Shown here: positions 19,837 to 30,049 of the stretch, in pieces
Layout of the letters: every line of letters begins with the position of its first letter
How positions within the stretch are numbered: the first letter of the stretch is position 1
DNA from: a virus
Lineage: Duplodnaviria > Caudoviricetes
Direction: 5' to 3' (one strand)
Length of the DNA: 64,000 bases
IMG/VR virus record: IMGVR_UViG_3300042868_009047
Translations under genes and position numbers: made by a program
Notes under the pieces: generated by a model
What the model was told of the DNA's origin: nothing
The model's database searches: none
Seen by the model: only the letters and a program-made list of their open reading frames with translations

Positions 19837-20472
19837 ATGGTAATAGGTATTACAATAAATAACATTCTAAGAGAACATATTAGTAAGTTAATGGATTTAT
19901 ATGAATTTGAGTTTGAAAAAGAACCCATTTTACCTATAAATCCTTTTGACTTATCCAAATCGTTCCCAGACATCGAAGGGGAGATTATTGACACTAACTT
20001 TGAAGTTGATAAAGAGTTAGAGTTATCTGAAAATAAAAAAGACGCTTCTTTTAACCTAAGTAGGTTTATGTATGAAGATGCGTGTTTTGAGGTATTTGGT
20101 CGGGTTGAGGAAAGTCAACCTGGTATTATTAAACAAATATGCGACTTCTCTAACAAAAACAAGATTAAAATCGTTTTATTAAATAATGAGAGTCAAAGAT
20201 CTAAGTCAGCAACATTATTTTTCCTAAGTAAAAATTACTACAACCTAGAGCAAATAATCTTTCCAAGTAAATGGAAGGATTTTTGGTTGTATTGTGATAT
20301 TTTGGTTACTGATAATCCTAAACTATTAAAAAACAAACCAAAAAATAAGATATCAATAAAACACAAAAATGATTTTAATGTTGATATTAAGTCAGATTAT
20401 ACTATAATTAACAATGAAGAATTATTTAAAATCCTAAAAAAATTAAAGAAAGAACAAAATGGAAAAAACTAA
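19837..20472 (+). CDS. Degenerate HAD / 5'-nucleotidase-like protein
   Basis: IGITINNILR at the position of IGIDxxxVLR, plus DILVTDNP; catalytic Asp not seen. Confidence 0.4.
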   Translation: MVIGITINNILREHISKLMDLYEFEFEKEPILPINPFDLSKSFPDIEGEIIDTNFEVDKELELSENKKDASFNLSRFMYEDACFEVFGRVEESQPGIIKQICDFSNKNKIKIVLLNNESQRSKSATLFFLSKNYYNLEQIIFPSKWKDFWLYCDILVTDNPKLLKNKPKNKISIKHKNDFNVDIKSDYTIINNEELFKILKKLKKEQNGKN

Positions 20473-21541
20473 CGAAATAGTTAAAAACATTGAATCAGCT
20501 ATAAGTAAGATTCAAAACAAAGAACAAAAAATTGTTTTTTTGGTGCCAGACACTAAAGGTAATGCTAAATCAAGTGTTATTCATCTGTATAAACAAGCGC
20601 TAACACTTAAAAACTTGGGTTATAGCGTTAGTATGTTACACGAAAAAAACGATTACATTAAAGTCGGATCATGGTTAACACCAGAATGCGATGAATTAGA
20701 ACATTTATCGATTGAGGATAACAACCTTGTTGTAGGTGCATCAGATTTTATTATTGTACCAGAAGTGTATGGTACTGTATTTGAACAAATTGAAAAAATG
20801 CCCATTGAGAAAATTGTCTACGTACAATCATTTGATTATATGCTTGAGGCTTTTGCTCCTGGTAAATCTTGGGCTGATTTAGGTGTTGAAGAGTGTATCA
20901 CAACATCAAACTCACTTAAAACAATGATTGAAGATACTGTACCAGTTGAAGATGTTCAATTTATCGAACCAACTATTTCAAATGAGATGTTTACTTTAAA
21001 TGATAAACCACAAAAACCTATCATTGCAATATATTGCCGTGAAGCTAGAAAGGCTGCTAAAATGATTAAATCGTTTTATTTGAAATATCCAATCTACAGA
21101 TTCGTATCCTTTAAAGATATGCATACAATGCCACAAGATACTTTCGCTAAGAATCTAAAAGAATGTTGTGTTTCTATATGGATTGATGACGACTCATCAT
21201 TCGGTAGATACCCAATTGAATCTATTAAGTGTAACGTACCTGTTATTGGTAAAGTACCTAATATCATCCCAGAATGGATGACAGATGAAAACGGTGTTTG
21301 GGTTTACGATGAAAATCAAATACCAGAGATTTTATCTAGCTACATTAAAAACTGGTTAGAAGATACTTTACCAGAGAATCTATTAAATGTTTCAAAAACA
21401 GTTGAGGGTAAATACACCGAAGAGATTTTCGAAAAAAATACTAAAGAAGTTTATGAATACCTTTTTAATAAAAAGATCTCAAAACTAGAAACAATAAAAG
21501 AAAATTTTAAAAAAGAAGTAGAACAAAATGAGCAAAACTAA
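20459..21541 (+). CDS. GT-B (GT4-like) glycosyltransferase
   Basis: SSFGRYPIESIKCNVPVIG resembles the GT4 motif EGFG.P.LEAM.CG.PVI. Confidence 0.55.
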   Translation: MEKTNEIVKNIESAISKIQNKEQKIVFLVPDTKGNAKSSVIHLYKQALTLKNLGYSVSMLHEKNDYIKVGSWLTPECDELEHLSIEDNNLVVGASDFIIVPEVYGTVFEQIEKMPIEKIVYVQSFDYMLEAFAPGKSWADLGVEECITTSNSLKTMIEDTVPVEDVQFIEPTISNEMFTLNDKPQKPIIAIYCREARKAAKMIKSFYLKYPIYRFVSFKDMHTMPQDTFAKNLKECCVSIWIDDDSSFGRYPIESIKCNVPVIGKVPNIIPEWMTDENGVWVYDENQIPEILSSYIKNWLEDTLPENLLNVSKTVEGKYTEEIFEKNTKEVYEYLFNKKISKLETIKENFKKEVEQNEQN

Positions 21542-22358
21542 TTTAACCGTTATAATTCCCGTACATTCAGTTGCTGATATCGGGAAACAAAAATTTGATG
21601 ATTTATTCGATATCGCATTATCATCAATTAGTAGAAATGAAGTTAAACCAGAAAAGGTTTTAATCGTAAGATGTAATTGTATTGAGGTTGACGCTAAATT
21701 AGAGTCAATGGACCTATCAAAATACGGTTTAAATGTTGAGATCATAGTAAACGATGGTGATACCGACTACCAAAACCAAATAAATTACGCAGCAAAACAT
21801 GTTGACACCGAATACATGTCAATTTTAGAGTTTGATGATGAAGTATCAAAAACATGGTACGGTAATGTTAAAACTCATGTTGAAGCGTATCCAGAAGTTG
21901 ATATGTTTTTACCTATTGTTAATGATGTTTCTGAAGATAACGGCTTTATAGGGTTATCAAATGAAGCTATTTGGGCTTATAACTTTAGTGAATCACTTGG
22001 TAATGTTGATTTAGAGTGTTTATTAGAATATCCTAATATTAGCCCTTGTGGTATGGTTATTAAAACAGCTATTTTTAACGAGATTAACGGTTTTAAACAA
22101 ATCAAATTAACATTTAACTATGAGTTTTTATTACGTTTTCATAAAAACGGTTACAAATCAATGGTTATACCAAAAATTGGTTACAAACACGTTAACATGA
22201 GAGAGGAATCCTTGTTCTGGTTATATAAAAATAGTGAAGCTGTTGAATATAAGATGAACCCTAAACAGGCTTTATTTTGGATGGAAACCGCTAAAAAAGA
22301 ATATTTGTTTAACAATGATAGGTATATAATATATGAGGAAAATGACGTTAGTGAGTAA
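21528..22358 (+). CDS. GT2 family glycosyltransferase
   Basis: LTVIIPVH...VNDG...YMSILEFDD. Confidence 0.75.
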   Translation: MSKTNLTVIIPVHSVADIGKQKFDDLFDIALSSISRNEVKPEKVLIVRCNCIEVDAKLESMDLSKYGLNVEIIVNDGDTDYQNQINYAAKHVDTEYMSILEFDDEVSKTWYGNVKTHVEAYPEVDMFLPIVNDVSEDNGFIGLSNEAIWAYNFSESLGNVDLECLLEYPNISPCGMVIKTAIFNEINGFKQIKLTFNYEFLLRFHKNGYKSMVIPKIGYKHVNMREESLFWLYKNSEAVEYKMNPKQALFWMETAKKEYLFNNDRYIIYEENDVSE

Positions 22359-23071
22359 TGGCAAAACAGAAAAAAGATCGCAACTACTATGGCGTAGAGC
22401 AAGAGAAAGCGGTGGTCATGTTTCTGGAAGCTAAAACGGTTGGCGAAAGAGAAAAAATTTATAGAGAATTCTTACAAGAACCTATCAATACTATGATAGA
22501 AAGTATTATTAGAACCTATAAATTATATAGACAATCATACGAATTCCACGATTTACATGCTGACACTCTGTCATTTTTAATGACAAAATTTGATAAATTT
22601 AAACCTGAAAAGGGTAAAAGATCATTTTCGTATTTTGGTACGATATGTAAAAATTACCTTTTTGGTGAAATGGTTAAAGAATATAAGAAAACAACATCTA
22701 TTGTTGATATTGATCAACATGAAGGTGATATTTTAAAAAGAGACGAATTATTATATCGTATTGATAATGAAGATCTTGACTTAACAATTTTTATTGAAAC
22801 TTTAACCACCAATATAAAAGATGAATTAAAATCAGACGATTTAAATGAAAATGAATTTAAAGTTGGTCATTCTCTGGTAAAGATACTTGAAGAGTGGCGT
22901 GAATTGTTTTCACAAGTTAATGAGGGTAAAAATTCACCAAAATTCAATAAAAACTTAATATTATTGTATATCCGTAATATGACTGGCCTAAATACCAAAG
23001 AAATTAGGAACAGTATGAAAAGATTTAAGTCATTATACCGTATTTTTAAGGACAATTATTTAGATGGTTGA
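22358..23071 (+). CDS. Phage RNA polymerase sigma factor (gp55-like, putative late sigma)
   Basis: Region-2-like KFDKFKPEKGKRSFSYFGTICKNYL. Confidence 0.65.
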   Translation: MAKQKKDRNYYGVEQEKAVVMFLEAKTVGEREKIYREFLQEPINTMIESIIRTYKLYRQSYEFHDLHADTLSFLMTKFDKFKPEKGKRSFSYFGTICKNYLFGEMVKEYKKTTSIVDIDQHEGDILKRDELLYRIDNEDLDLTIFIETLTTNIKDELKSDDLNENEFKVGHSLVKILEEWRELFSQVNEGKNSPKFNKNLILLYIRNMTGLNTKEIRNSMKRFKSLYRIFKDNYLDG

Positions 23072-23078
23072 TATTTAT
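23072..23078 (+). promoter_or_regulatory. TATTTAT putative late promoter
   Basis: GATATTTATA, 17 nt before ATG 23096. Confidence 0.45.
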
Positions 23079-23095
23079 ATTAAATAACATTTATT

Positions 23096-23479
23096 ATGAT
23101 ACCAAAAAAGAAAAAAGTTGACGTTTCAGAAGATAGCATGAAAGAGCTTATGCAAGAGACTTATAATGAAATTGTTGACGAAAGAAATAGAGCTTTAACA
23201 GCCTATAAAAAATTTACAAAAGATATTAACGAAAATTCTGATATCGCTTTGGTTGGTAAAATCACTAATGATTTATTAAAAATAATCGATTCATCCATTG
23301 AAAAAAAACTAAGGTTAATCAAAATACAGGGTGATATTCTATATAAATCTGGTAGACCATCTGATGCCGCTGCTGGTAATATGACAATTACCGATGATGA
23401 TAGAAAGTGGGCTGAGGATTTTATCAAAAGTCAAGCAACTGCAAGTGAATCGGATACGAATGAAAAAGAGTATGAATAA
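23096..23479 (+). CDS. Hypothetical protein
   Basis: 127-aa helical ORF. Confidence 0.7.
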   Translation: MIPKKKKVDVSEDSMKELMQETYNEIVDERNRALTAYKKFTKDINENSDIALVGKITNDLLKIIDSSIEKKLRLIKIQGDILYKSGRPSDAAAGNMTITDDDRKWAEDFIKSQATASESDTNEKEYE

Positions 23480-23481
23480 TA

Positions 23482-25386
23482 ATGGGTTCACAAAGCGAAA
23501 TATTTTCAAGATATAGGTCACTCGTGGTTTCTAATAATCAGAAACCATACGCTACCGATGCACAAAAAAAATTAGATAAATTAGAGTTTGTTGACTTTTT
23601 AGTTGAGTTAGTAAAATCAACCAGAGGCCAAAAAGAATTTAAAAGTCTAATATTAAAAGGTAGTTTATCCCAATTAAAAAAATTCGATGATATTAATAAG
23701 ATTATTATTGATAATTTTATTGCTTTATTTGGTTGTGACACTAATTTAATAATCCCACAAAAGTATACAACATTAGCAGTCGGTGGTATAGAAATGACCA
23801 AACAAGAAATTGATTCTTTTGGTTTGTTAAATATTGATCCAGATAGTAGGACTGGTAAATTAATGTATGAGGGTAATGATATTACCAAGCACGTAAATTA
23901 TTTTTTTAGTAAATCACAAATTGCTATAAGCGACTCACCTTTAGTACTTAAAAAAGGTAATAGAGTATTATTTACTATACACGCAAAAGATTCATCAACA
24001 TTCGTATTTAAATTTGGTGAATTTTACTCAAAAAAATTATACGGTGATTTTTTAAATGACTACATGGGTGTAGTAACACCAGTATTTAACTTTCCTAATT
24101 TTATGGCTATATTAATGGACATATTAACTGGATCGGTATCCACCAAATCAAAGTTAAATAAAAAAATCATAGTTAAACAAAGCGCTTTAATTAAAGGGTT
24201 AAAAAAAATGTTTGGTTTTTGTAATGAAAATGATGATGAAAAGCCAGATGCATCAAATAAAAATTTCCTAGATAAAGAGTTTAACCCATCAGACGCACAA
24301 AAAAACGGTGAAGATAGTGGTGTTTTAAACGCTGACGCTGATTTTGATAATGTTTTTAATTTTAATAAAAAAGAATTAGATGATATTGAAAACACTGGTA
24401 ATCTTAGGGCGAATGGTTTTTTAAGATTTTCTTCATGTGGTAATCTAGATATTGCCATAAATGCAGATGATATTATAAATTCTTTAGAGGAATTATTTAA
24501 TAATAGCCAGGGTGACAGATTAATCTTTCCCAACGAAAATCCGCAAAATGTTACACCGCAATCAAATACCAGTACAATAGATAATTCTAAAAAGATACCA
24601 AGCTTAGATCAAGCATCTGATGTATTAGATAGAGCCTTAAAAAACGGTATTAATGATGTTGTTAATTCAGGTGAAATAAATGCAGCAATTAATTTACCTA
24701 ATATAAACGCTGAAATTCAATTAAATATTTTAAAAGCAATACCATATGCTATTATGCAAATGATTATGACACCTAAATTATTGGTGGTGCCTAAATTATA
24801 CTTGGTTTTAAAAGGTGATAACACAAAAAAATCACCAGAAGAAATGATATCTTTTATGAGACCTTTAGTTAAAAAAATCGGTAGTTTTGTTACAGATTTA
24901 TTAATTAAAAATATTTTTAATATGGTAAAAAAAGATTTGATTGGTTTAGCTAAAAAAATTAGCGCTGATTTCTTAAAACAAAGAGGTCTTGATTACATAT
25001 CTTCATTAAAAAGTTTATTAGCTCTTTTAAACGCTTTAAAAGGATTCAAAGTAGGTGGTTGCCAATCAATAATTGATCAGATACTTCGTTTACTAAAGTT
25101 ATTGAACGTTGTACCTATGCCGCCAATACCACCACCGTTAGTTTTACTCGGGGGTGCTTTAAAACCAGGTTTAAATCACGTATCTATGATAAATGACCTT
25201 AAATCTAATTTAGGTGAAAAGGGTATTGAAACAGCGGCAACTTTTCCAGACGGAACACCAAATCATCTTATCATTGCTTTGGAAGAAACAATGAAAATTA
25301 TGGTTTCAAACATAAAAACAAACGCAAAGGTTGAGGTAACAACAGTAGGTGTTGGTTTTACAACAGGATTTGGACAAATACAGTAA
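23482..25386 (+). CDS. Hypothetical protein (probable structural)
   Basis: 634-aa ORF downstream of a TATTTAT motif. Confidence 0.7.
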   Translation: MGSQSEIFSRYRSLVVSNNQKPYATDAQKKLDKLEFVDFLVELVKSTRGQKEFKSLILKGSLSQLKKFDDINKIIIDNFIALFGCDTNLIIPQKYTTLAVGGIEMTKQEIDSFGLLNIDPDSRTGKLMYEGNDITKHVNYFFSKSQIAISDSPLVLKKGNRVLFTIHAKDSSTFVFKFGEFYSKKLYGDFLNDYMGVVTPVFNFPNFMAILMDILTGSVSTKSKLNKKIIVKQSALIKGLKKMFGFCNENDDEKPDASNKNFLDKEFNPSDAQKNGEDSGVLNADADFDNVFNFNKKELDDIENTGNLRANGFLRFSSCGNLDIAINADDIINSLEELFNNSQGDRLIFPNENPQNVTPQSNTSTIDNSKKIPSLDQASDVLDRALKNGINDVVNSGEINAAINLPNINAEIQLNILKAIPYAIMQMIMTPKLLVVPKLYLVLKGDNTKKSPEEMISFMRPLVKKIGSFVTDLLIKNIFNMVKKDLIGLAKKISADFLKQRGLDYISSLKSLLALLNALKGFKVGGCQSIIDQILRLLKLLNVVPMPPIPPPLVLLGGALKPGLNHVSMINDLKSNLGEKGIETAATFPDGTPNHLIIALEETMKIMVSNIKTNAKVEVTTVGVGFTTGFGQIQ

Positions 25387-25389
25387 AAT

Positions 25390-25608
25390 ATGAATAACCC
25401 AAAACTAAAAGAGATTTTTGAAAACGTTGATAAAAAGTCAAATAAAGATTTGGCAACACTATTGGTTGCCCTAAAAAATGATTTCGAGGATGTTAAAGAA
25501 ACCGTCCTAAGATTAACAACAACAATGGAAGAAGTTGAAGTTACTTATGATAAAGTTTATAATGAATTAAAACAAAGATTAAAATTCGAGGATAAAAATG
25601 AAGGCTGA
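25390..25608 (+). CDS. Hypothetical coiled-coil protein
   Basis: 72-aa ORF overlapping the next gene. Confidence 0.6.
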   Translation: MNNPKLKEIFENVDKKSNKDLATLLVALKNDFEDVKETVLRLTTTMEEVEVTYDKVYNELKQRLKFEDKNEG

Positions 25609-27250
25609 GTTTAGTTTAGGTATTTGTTTTAACAATGGTGATCCCTTAAATTTTGGGAGAATACTTGTTGCCTCATATGAGGATTACAAGGGACACGTTT
25701 CCTATACATCTATTGAGAATGCAATTAGTTTATTAAACATAGGTTCAGTAAAATACGATAAATGGAGTGATAGGGGTGGTGTTACCAGTAAAATTGGTGA
25801 TCCATATCTAGCGTCACCATTTTTGCCTAATCAAATATCAGTTATACCTAAACCTGGTCAGGTTGTTAGATTAATTAAATTTGATGATGGTACTGTTAAT
25901 TATATTGGTCCTGTAACACAAAATCCTTTAAAGCTAAACACAACATATTTTGAGGAAACTAGTAGAAGAAAATTTCCTGTATCCGATGACATTTCAAATA
26001 ACGTTAACGACACAGTCTTTTCTGGTTTTAATAATGAACAAGTTTCTTTAGGTAATGACAGAATTCTACTTAGATTAGATCACATAGATAACCAGGATAG
26101 AAAAAAAACATACCCAGTATTTCAAATATCAAAATTTACAAAAACAACAAATTATACTGTTAAAGATGTTACTGAAACAAAAAAACCAGATGTTTTTTTG
26201 GATTATATCGTTGAAATAACATTTGATTATACTAGAAAGGAAGCTCTTGACAGTAAAAATATTGTATGTAACATAAACTTATATAGCACTTTAGATATTG
26301 TATCAAAAATTGTTAGAGGTTTAATGAAAAAAGATTATAATAGCTTTCAAAACTATACGTCTGGTACAAACTATAATCAATATATTGTTAATCACACGTT
26401 AGAGTTTAATGATATCGAATCAATGGATAAAACTATTGAAGATATTATTTCAGCTTACAAAACAAAAAAGATTAAATTTTATAACCCACAAACAGTTGGC
26501 TCACAAAGAATTGAATCCGCTAGTAATATTATAAGTTTAGTTAATAGGATACCTTTTAGAGCGAATAGTTCTGGGGCAAACCATGATACACCAGATGAGA
26601 TCTCTGATTTAAAAAACTTTGTTGTTAGGATAAATCCATACAACAGGGATACGTATACAACACCTAGTATTGAATTACAAACCCAACTTGGTATACCAGC
26701 AACACAACCAACAGATTCAACATCATTGGATTATGTTAGATTTAAAGAATTTAACACTTTTATAAGTAAAATTAGAAAGTACAATAACGCTAGATTCTTA
26801 GGTGATCAGGAATTACAAGCACCTGTTACAACAACAACTAAACAAACACAATCTTCCGTAAATGATAAAGAGGTTACAGTAAATGTTAATTATGCTGATA
26901 AATTTTTATTTTTAAGCAGTATTAACTCAAGGGATTACCTTGAAAGTGCCAATGATGGTATGAGTAAAGAAACTATTTCCAAATTTTTATCAAATCTTTC
27001 TTCGGACGATTCGGGTAGGAGTTACGAAACTTATGGCCATGTTAGGGGTGAAAAAATACTAGACCTGTTAGATCAAATACTAAGTGTTTTCTTATCTCAC
27101 GGCCACTCAATTGGACAATCTGAGGGTTCTTTAAGTAAAAACGCGGTTGCATTGGTTGCAGAATTAAGAGGGCAAATTGCCCAAGAAATAAACGGAAACA
27201 CAACAAATTCCACAACAAAGATAATTAATCATAACTTACGTATTAATTAA
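25598..27250 (+). CDS. Putative baseplate hub/spike-like protein (gp5-like layout)
   Basis: N-terminal GRI...FLPNQISVIPKPGQVV (OB-fold-like) and C-terminal RGEKILDLL...HGH; inference only. Confidence 0.35.
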   Translation: MKAEFSLGICFNNGDPLNFGRILVASYEDYKGHVSYTSIENAISLLNIGSVKYDKWSDRGGVTSKIGDPYLASPFLPNQISVIPKPGQVVRLIKFDDGTVNYIGPVTQNPLKLNTTYFEETSRRKFPVSDDISNNVNDTVFSGFNNEQVSLGNDRILLRLDHIDNQDRKKTYPVFQISKFTKTTNYTVKDVTETKKPDVFLDYIVEITFDYTRKEALDSKNIVCNINLYSTLDIVSKIVRGLMKKDYNSFQNYTSGTNYNQYIVNHTLEFNDIESMDKTIEDIISAYKTKKIKFYNPQTVGSQRIESASNIISLVNRIPFRANSSGANHDTPDEISDLKNFVVRINPYNRDTYTTPSIELQTQLGIPATQPTDSTSLDYVRFKEFNTFISKIRKYNNARFLGDQELQAPVTTTTKQTQSSVNDKEVTVNVNYADKFLFLSSINSRDYLESANDGMSKETISKFLSNLSSDDSGRSYETYGHVRGEKILDLLDQILSVFLSHGHSIGQSEGSLSKNAVALVAELRGQIAQEINGNTTNSTTKIINHNLRIN

Positions 27251-27263
27251 AATATTTATTACT

Positions 27264-28637
27264 ATGGGTATATACAGAACATATTTTGATAAAAACAACA
27301 CCATTCTTAGAGATAGTGACGTAAACACTGGTAAAAACCAAGTGTCAGAACTATATTTTGGTAATCTCATCAGTAGGTTTTTATTCTATTGCTCGTTTGA
27401 TGAGATTAAAAATCTTGTAACATCTGGTGTTATAAATCCAAACGGAAATGTAAAACACACGTTAACAATTAAAAATACTAGTAATTTTGATATTAAAGAT
27501 ATTTTAAGTATTGACAACAATTTAATGTTTGGTGATTATTATCGACCAACATCTTTTGACCTTGAGTTGCATGATGTAAATCAATTGTGGGATGAGGGTA
27601 ATGGTTATGATTTCGCCACTGGGATTAAATCGTTTCCACAGAATATTGAGTATATTTTAGGCCCATCTAACTGGACTAAAGCTACTAACACGACTAATTT
27701 CTCAACACCAGGTGTTATAAGCGGAGCCACCCCAATTGCCGTACAACATTTAGGTTTCGGTAATGAGGATATTAAAATGGACGTTACTGATTTTGTAAAC
27801 TCTTTATTAACTGGAACCACAACTGGTACAACTTATAATGGTTTTTGTTTAAAATATTCAGATGCTATTGAAGCTTTGACATTCCCAGATAATAGGGTTT
27901 GTGCTCTTGGTTTATTTACAAGACACACACAGACATTTTTTGAACCCTACATTGAAACAACATATGATGACCATATTGATGACGAAAGGATAAGTTTTTA
28001 TTTGGGTAAAGAAAATAAATTATTCTTTTATTCAGTTATTAATGGTAAATTAGAGAATTTAGATCAATTACCAACCTGTACAATTAATGGTACTGGATAT
28101 ACTGTTAACCAAAAAACAAAAGGTGTTTATTATGTAACGGTTGATGGTGATGAAACAAATTTTGTTAGTTACACAGAATATAACGATATTTGGAGCGATA
28201 TTATTTATAATGGTAATGCTAGACCCAACGTTAAACTAAGGTTTGTCCCAATTGACGCTGATAAATATTATAACTTTAATATAGATGCTTTGGATGATAC
28301 TAGATATGGTTTATCTTTGAGTGGTATTAAAGTTGGTGAGGGTTTACAACAAGGTGAACAAAGAAAGGTTAACATCCTTTTAAGAAAACCTTACACAGTT
28401 TCTGAATACTACGTTAGTAATAGTGTTTATTATAAACTATATGTTAAACAAGGACCAGCTATTATTGATATTTTTGATTGGCAGCCAGCAAATAAAGCGT
28501 TAAATAATAACTATTTTACAATTGACACAACCTGGTTGGTGCCGCAAAGATATTTCGTTGACATCAAAATAGAAACCAACGGTGAGACAACATTACATAG
28601 TAATGAACTACATTTTGATATTGTAAATAAAGCGTAA
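27264..28637 (+). CDS. Putative virion structural protein
   Basis: 457-aa beta-rich ORF; TATTTAT at 27253-27259 directly upstream. Confidence 0.55.
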   Translation: MGIYRTYFDKNNTILRDSDVNTGKNQVSELYFGNLISRFLFYCSFDEIKNLVTSGVINPNGNVKHTLTIKNTSNFDIKDILSIDNNLMFGDYYRPTSFDLELHDVNQLWDEGNGYDFATGIKSFPQNIEYILGPSNWTKATNTTNFSTPGVISGATPIAVQHLGFGNEDIKMDVTDFVNSLLTGTTTGTTYNGFCLKYSDAIEALTFPDNRVCALGLFTRHTQTFFEPYIETTYDDHIDDERISFYLGKENKLFFYSVINGKLENLDQLPTCTINGTGYTVNQKTKGVYYVTVDGDETNFVSYTEYNDIWSDIIYNGNARPNVKLRFVPIDADKYYNFNIDALDDTRYGLSLSGIKVGEGLQQGEQRKVNILLRKPYTVSEYYVSNSVYYKLYVKQGPAIIDIFDWQPANKALNNNYFTIDTTWLVPQRYFVDIKIETNGETTLHSNELHFDIVNKA

Positions 28638-28640
28638 TAT

Positions 28641-29045
28641 ATGTATTTAATTTATATAAACCCACTTAATAAAAATTTTAAAGGTCAATACACCTACGAG
28701 TTTATCTTTACAAAACGTTTGGATAATGTTGAGTACGGTGATGACTGGGATGTTCAACCAGCATCAAGCGGAATACCAACACCACCAAATGTTAAACAAA
28801 TTGAATCAATCGGTATGCTAAAATCAGATGATATTGAATTAGATTTGGCTTTGAATTCGGATACATTCTCAATGTATGATTGTGTTGAAGGTATTATAGC
28901 AATTGGTTGGGAATCAGAATCACCTGAAATTGATGATAGATTGGTTTTTAGATACGGTGAAACTATTGAATCAGTAAAAGAAAAAATATACAGTAGGGAT
29001 AAACTACTAACAATAATAAATAAAGAAGAAATCGATAAATTTTAA
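28641..29045 (+). CDS. Hypothetical protein
   Basis: 134-aa ORF. Confidence 0.7.
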   Translation: MYLIYINPLNKNFKGQYTYEFIFTKRLDNVEYGDDWDVQPASSGIPTPPNVKQIESIGMLKSDDIELDLALNSDTFSMYDCVEGIIAIGWESESPEIDDRLVFRYGETIESVKEKIYSRDKLLTIINKEEIDKF

Positions 29046-29053
29046 TTAAAAAC

Positions 29054-29839
29054 ATGGAAACAAATAATAACGCAATAGGTGCAGTAGCTGCCGCAGCAAT
29101 TGACAACCCAGGGGAAGTAATGCAAAGTTTGGATAATTTAAAAAATACATTACAACAAATTTCTAATACAGCTAGTGGTATGCAAACAGAAGATGATTCT
29201 GCTAGTCAGTGGTCTTTTGAGGATACCATTGATGAGTTAATGTCTAAAATTTCGGGTTACACATATTACGATTTACCATGGACTAAAAGAAATACACCAA
29301 AGGGTAGTAGTAATAGATATAATATTGATGATGAATCTGGTACAGTTAAAGCAAATGCGTCTGAAGAAGATGTTATTGAATACGCTAACACTGTTTATCA
29401 TTATGATATGTCTGATAATGAGTCTGAGGAATTTAAAACTTTTGATGACGCTAAAAACGCCTTAGAAAACGAAGGTAATTTTAACGTTGTTAATGTTGCG
29501 GATACAAAACAAATAAGTTTATTCCCAACTGAAAAAAAGAAAGAAGTTATGGAGCCAGCAAATACTATTATTAGTAAAATGGATGATGCAGCTTACACAC
29601 AGTTTATTAACGATATTCAAAACCCTTATCTGAAAGCCCAAATTAACCAAGCAGTTGATTTACTAAAAGCTAATAAACAAAAAGAAGCTTATTCAAAATT
29701 AAGAGGTTTATTGGATAATTTAAAAAATCTTAAAGAAAGTTTGGTTAATTCAAAAACATTTAGTATTATTGCACAGTCAGAAAAACCAAAATTGACAAAA
29801 TCAGATATTTTGGAATTTGTTAAACAACGTAAAAAATAA
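29054..29839 (+). CDS. Hypothetical protein
   Basis: 261-aa acidic ORF. Confidence 0.7.
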   Translation: METNNNAIGAVAAAAIDNPGEVMQSLDNLKNTLQQISNTASGMQTEDDSASQWSFEDTIDELMSKISGYTYYDLPWTKRNTPKGSSNRYNIDDESGTVKANASEEDVIEYANTVYHYDMSDNESEEFKTFDDAKNALENEGNFNVVNVADTKQISLFPTEKKKEVMEPANTIISKMDDAAYTQFINDIQNPYLKAQINQAVDLLKANKQKEAYSKLRGLLDNLKNLKESLVNSKTFSIIAQSEKPKLTKSDILEFVKQRKK

Positions 29840-29848
29840 ATTTGCAAT

Positions 29849-29980
29849 ATGAAAAATAATCAAGAAAACCCAACACAAGCACCTGTTGAAACACCAGTAA
29901 AGACACCCACGCCAGTTAAGGATCCATCAAAAATTAACATCCCTAACCCAAAAACAAACCCTGGTCGACCAAAAGCTTAA
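29849..29980 (+). CDS. 43-aa Pro-rich micro-ORF (absent from the ORF track)
   Basis: MKNNQENPTQAPVETPVKTPTPVKDPSKINIPNPKTNPGRPKA*; fills the gap before the next promoter. Confidence 0.55.
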   Translation: MKNNQENPTQAPVETPVKTPTPVKDPSKINIPNPKTNPGRPKA

Positions 29981-29986
29981 AAAAAA

Positions 29987-30018
29987 TTTGTTTATTTAAA
30001 AACTTTTACTTACATTTG
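29987..30018 (+). promoter_or_regulatory. Bacteroidota-type primary sigma promoter
   Basis: TTTG (29987-29990), 20 nt, TACATTTG (30011-30018). Confidence 0.75.
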
Positions 30019-30049
30019 CCTTGTTAATAATAAACAAGGCATTTTTTTT

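Noticed and set aside
25386-25390. Readthrough fusion of the 23482 and 25390 genes (same frame, 3-nt gap)
   Set aside because: The stop is TAA and the downstream gene has its own ATG; tight packing explains it.
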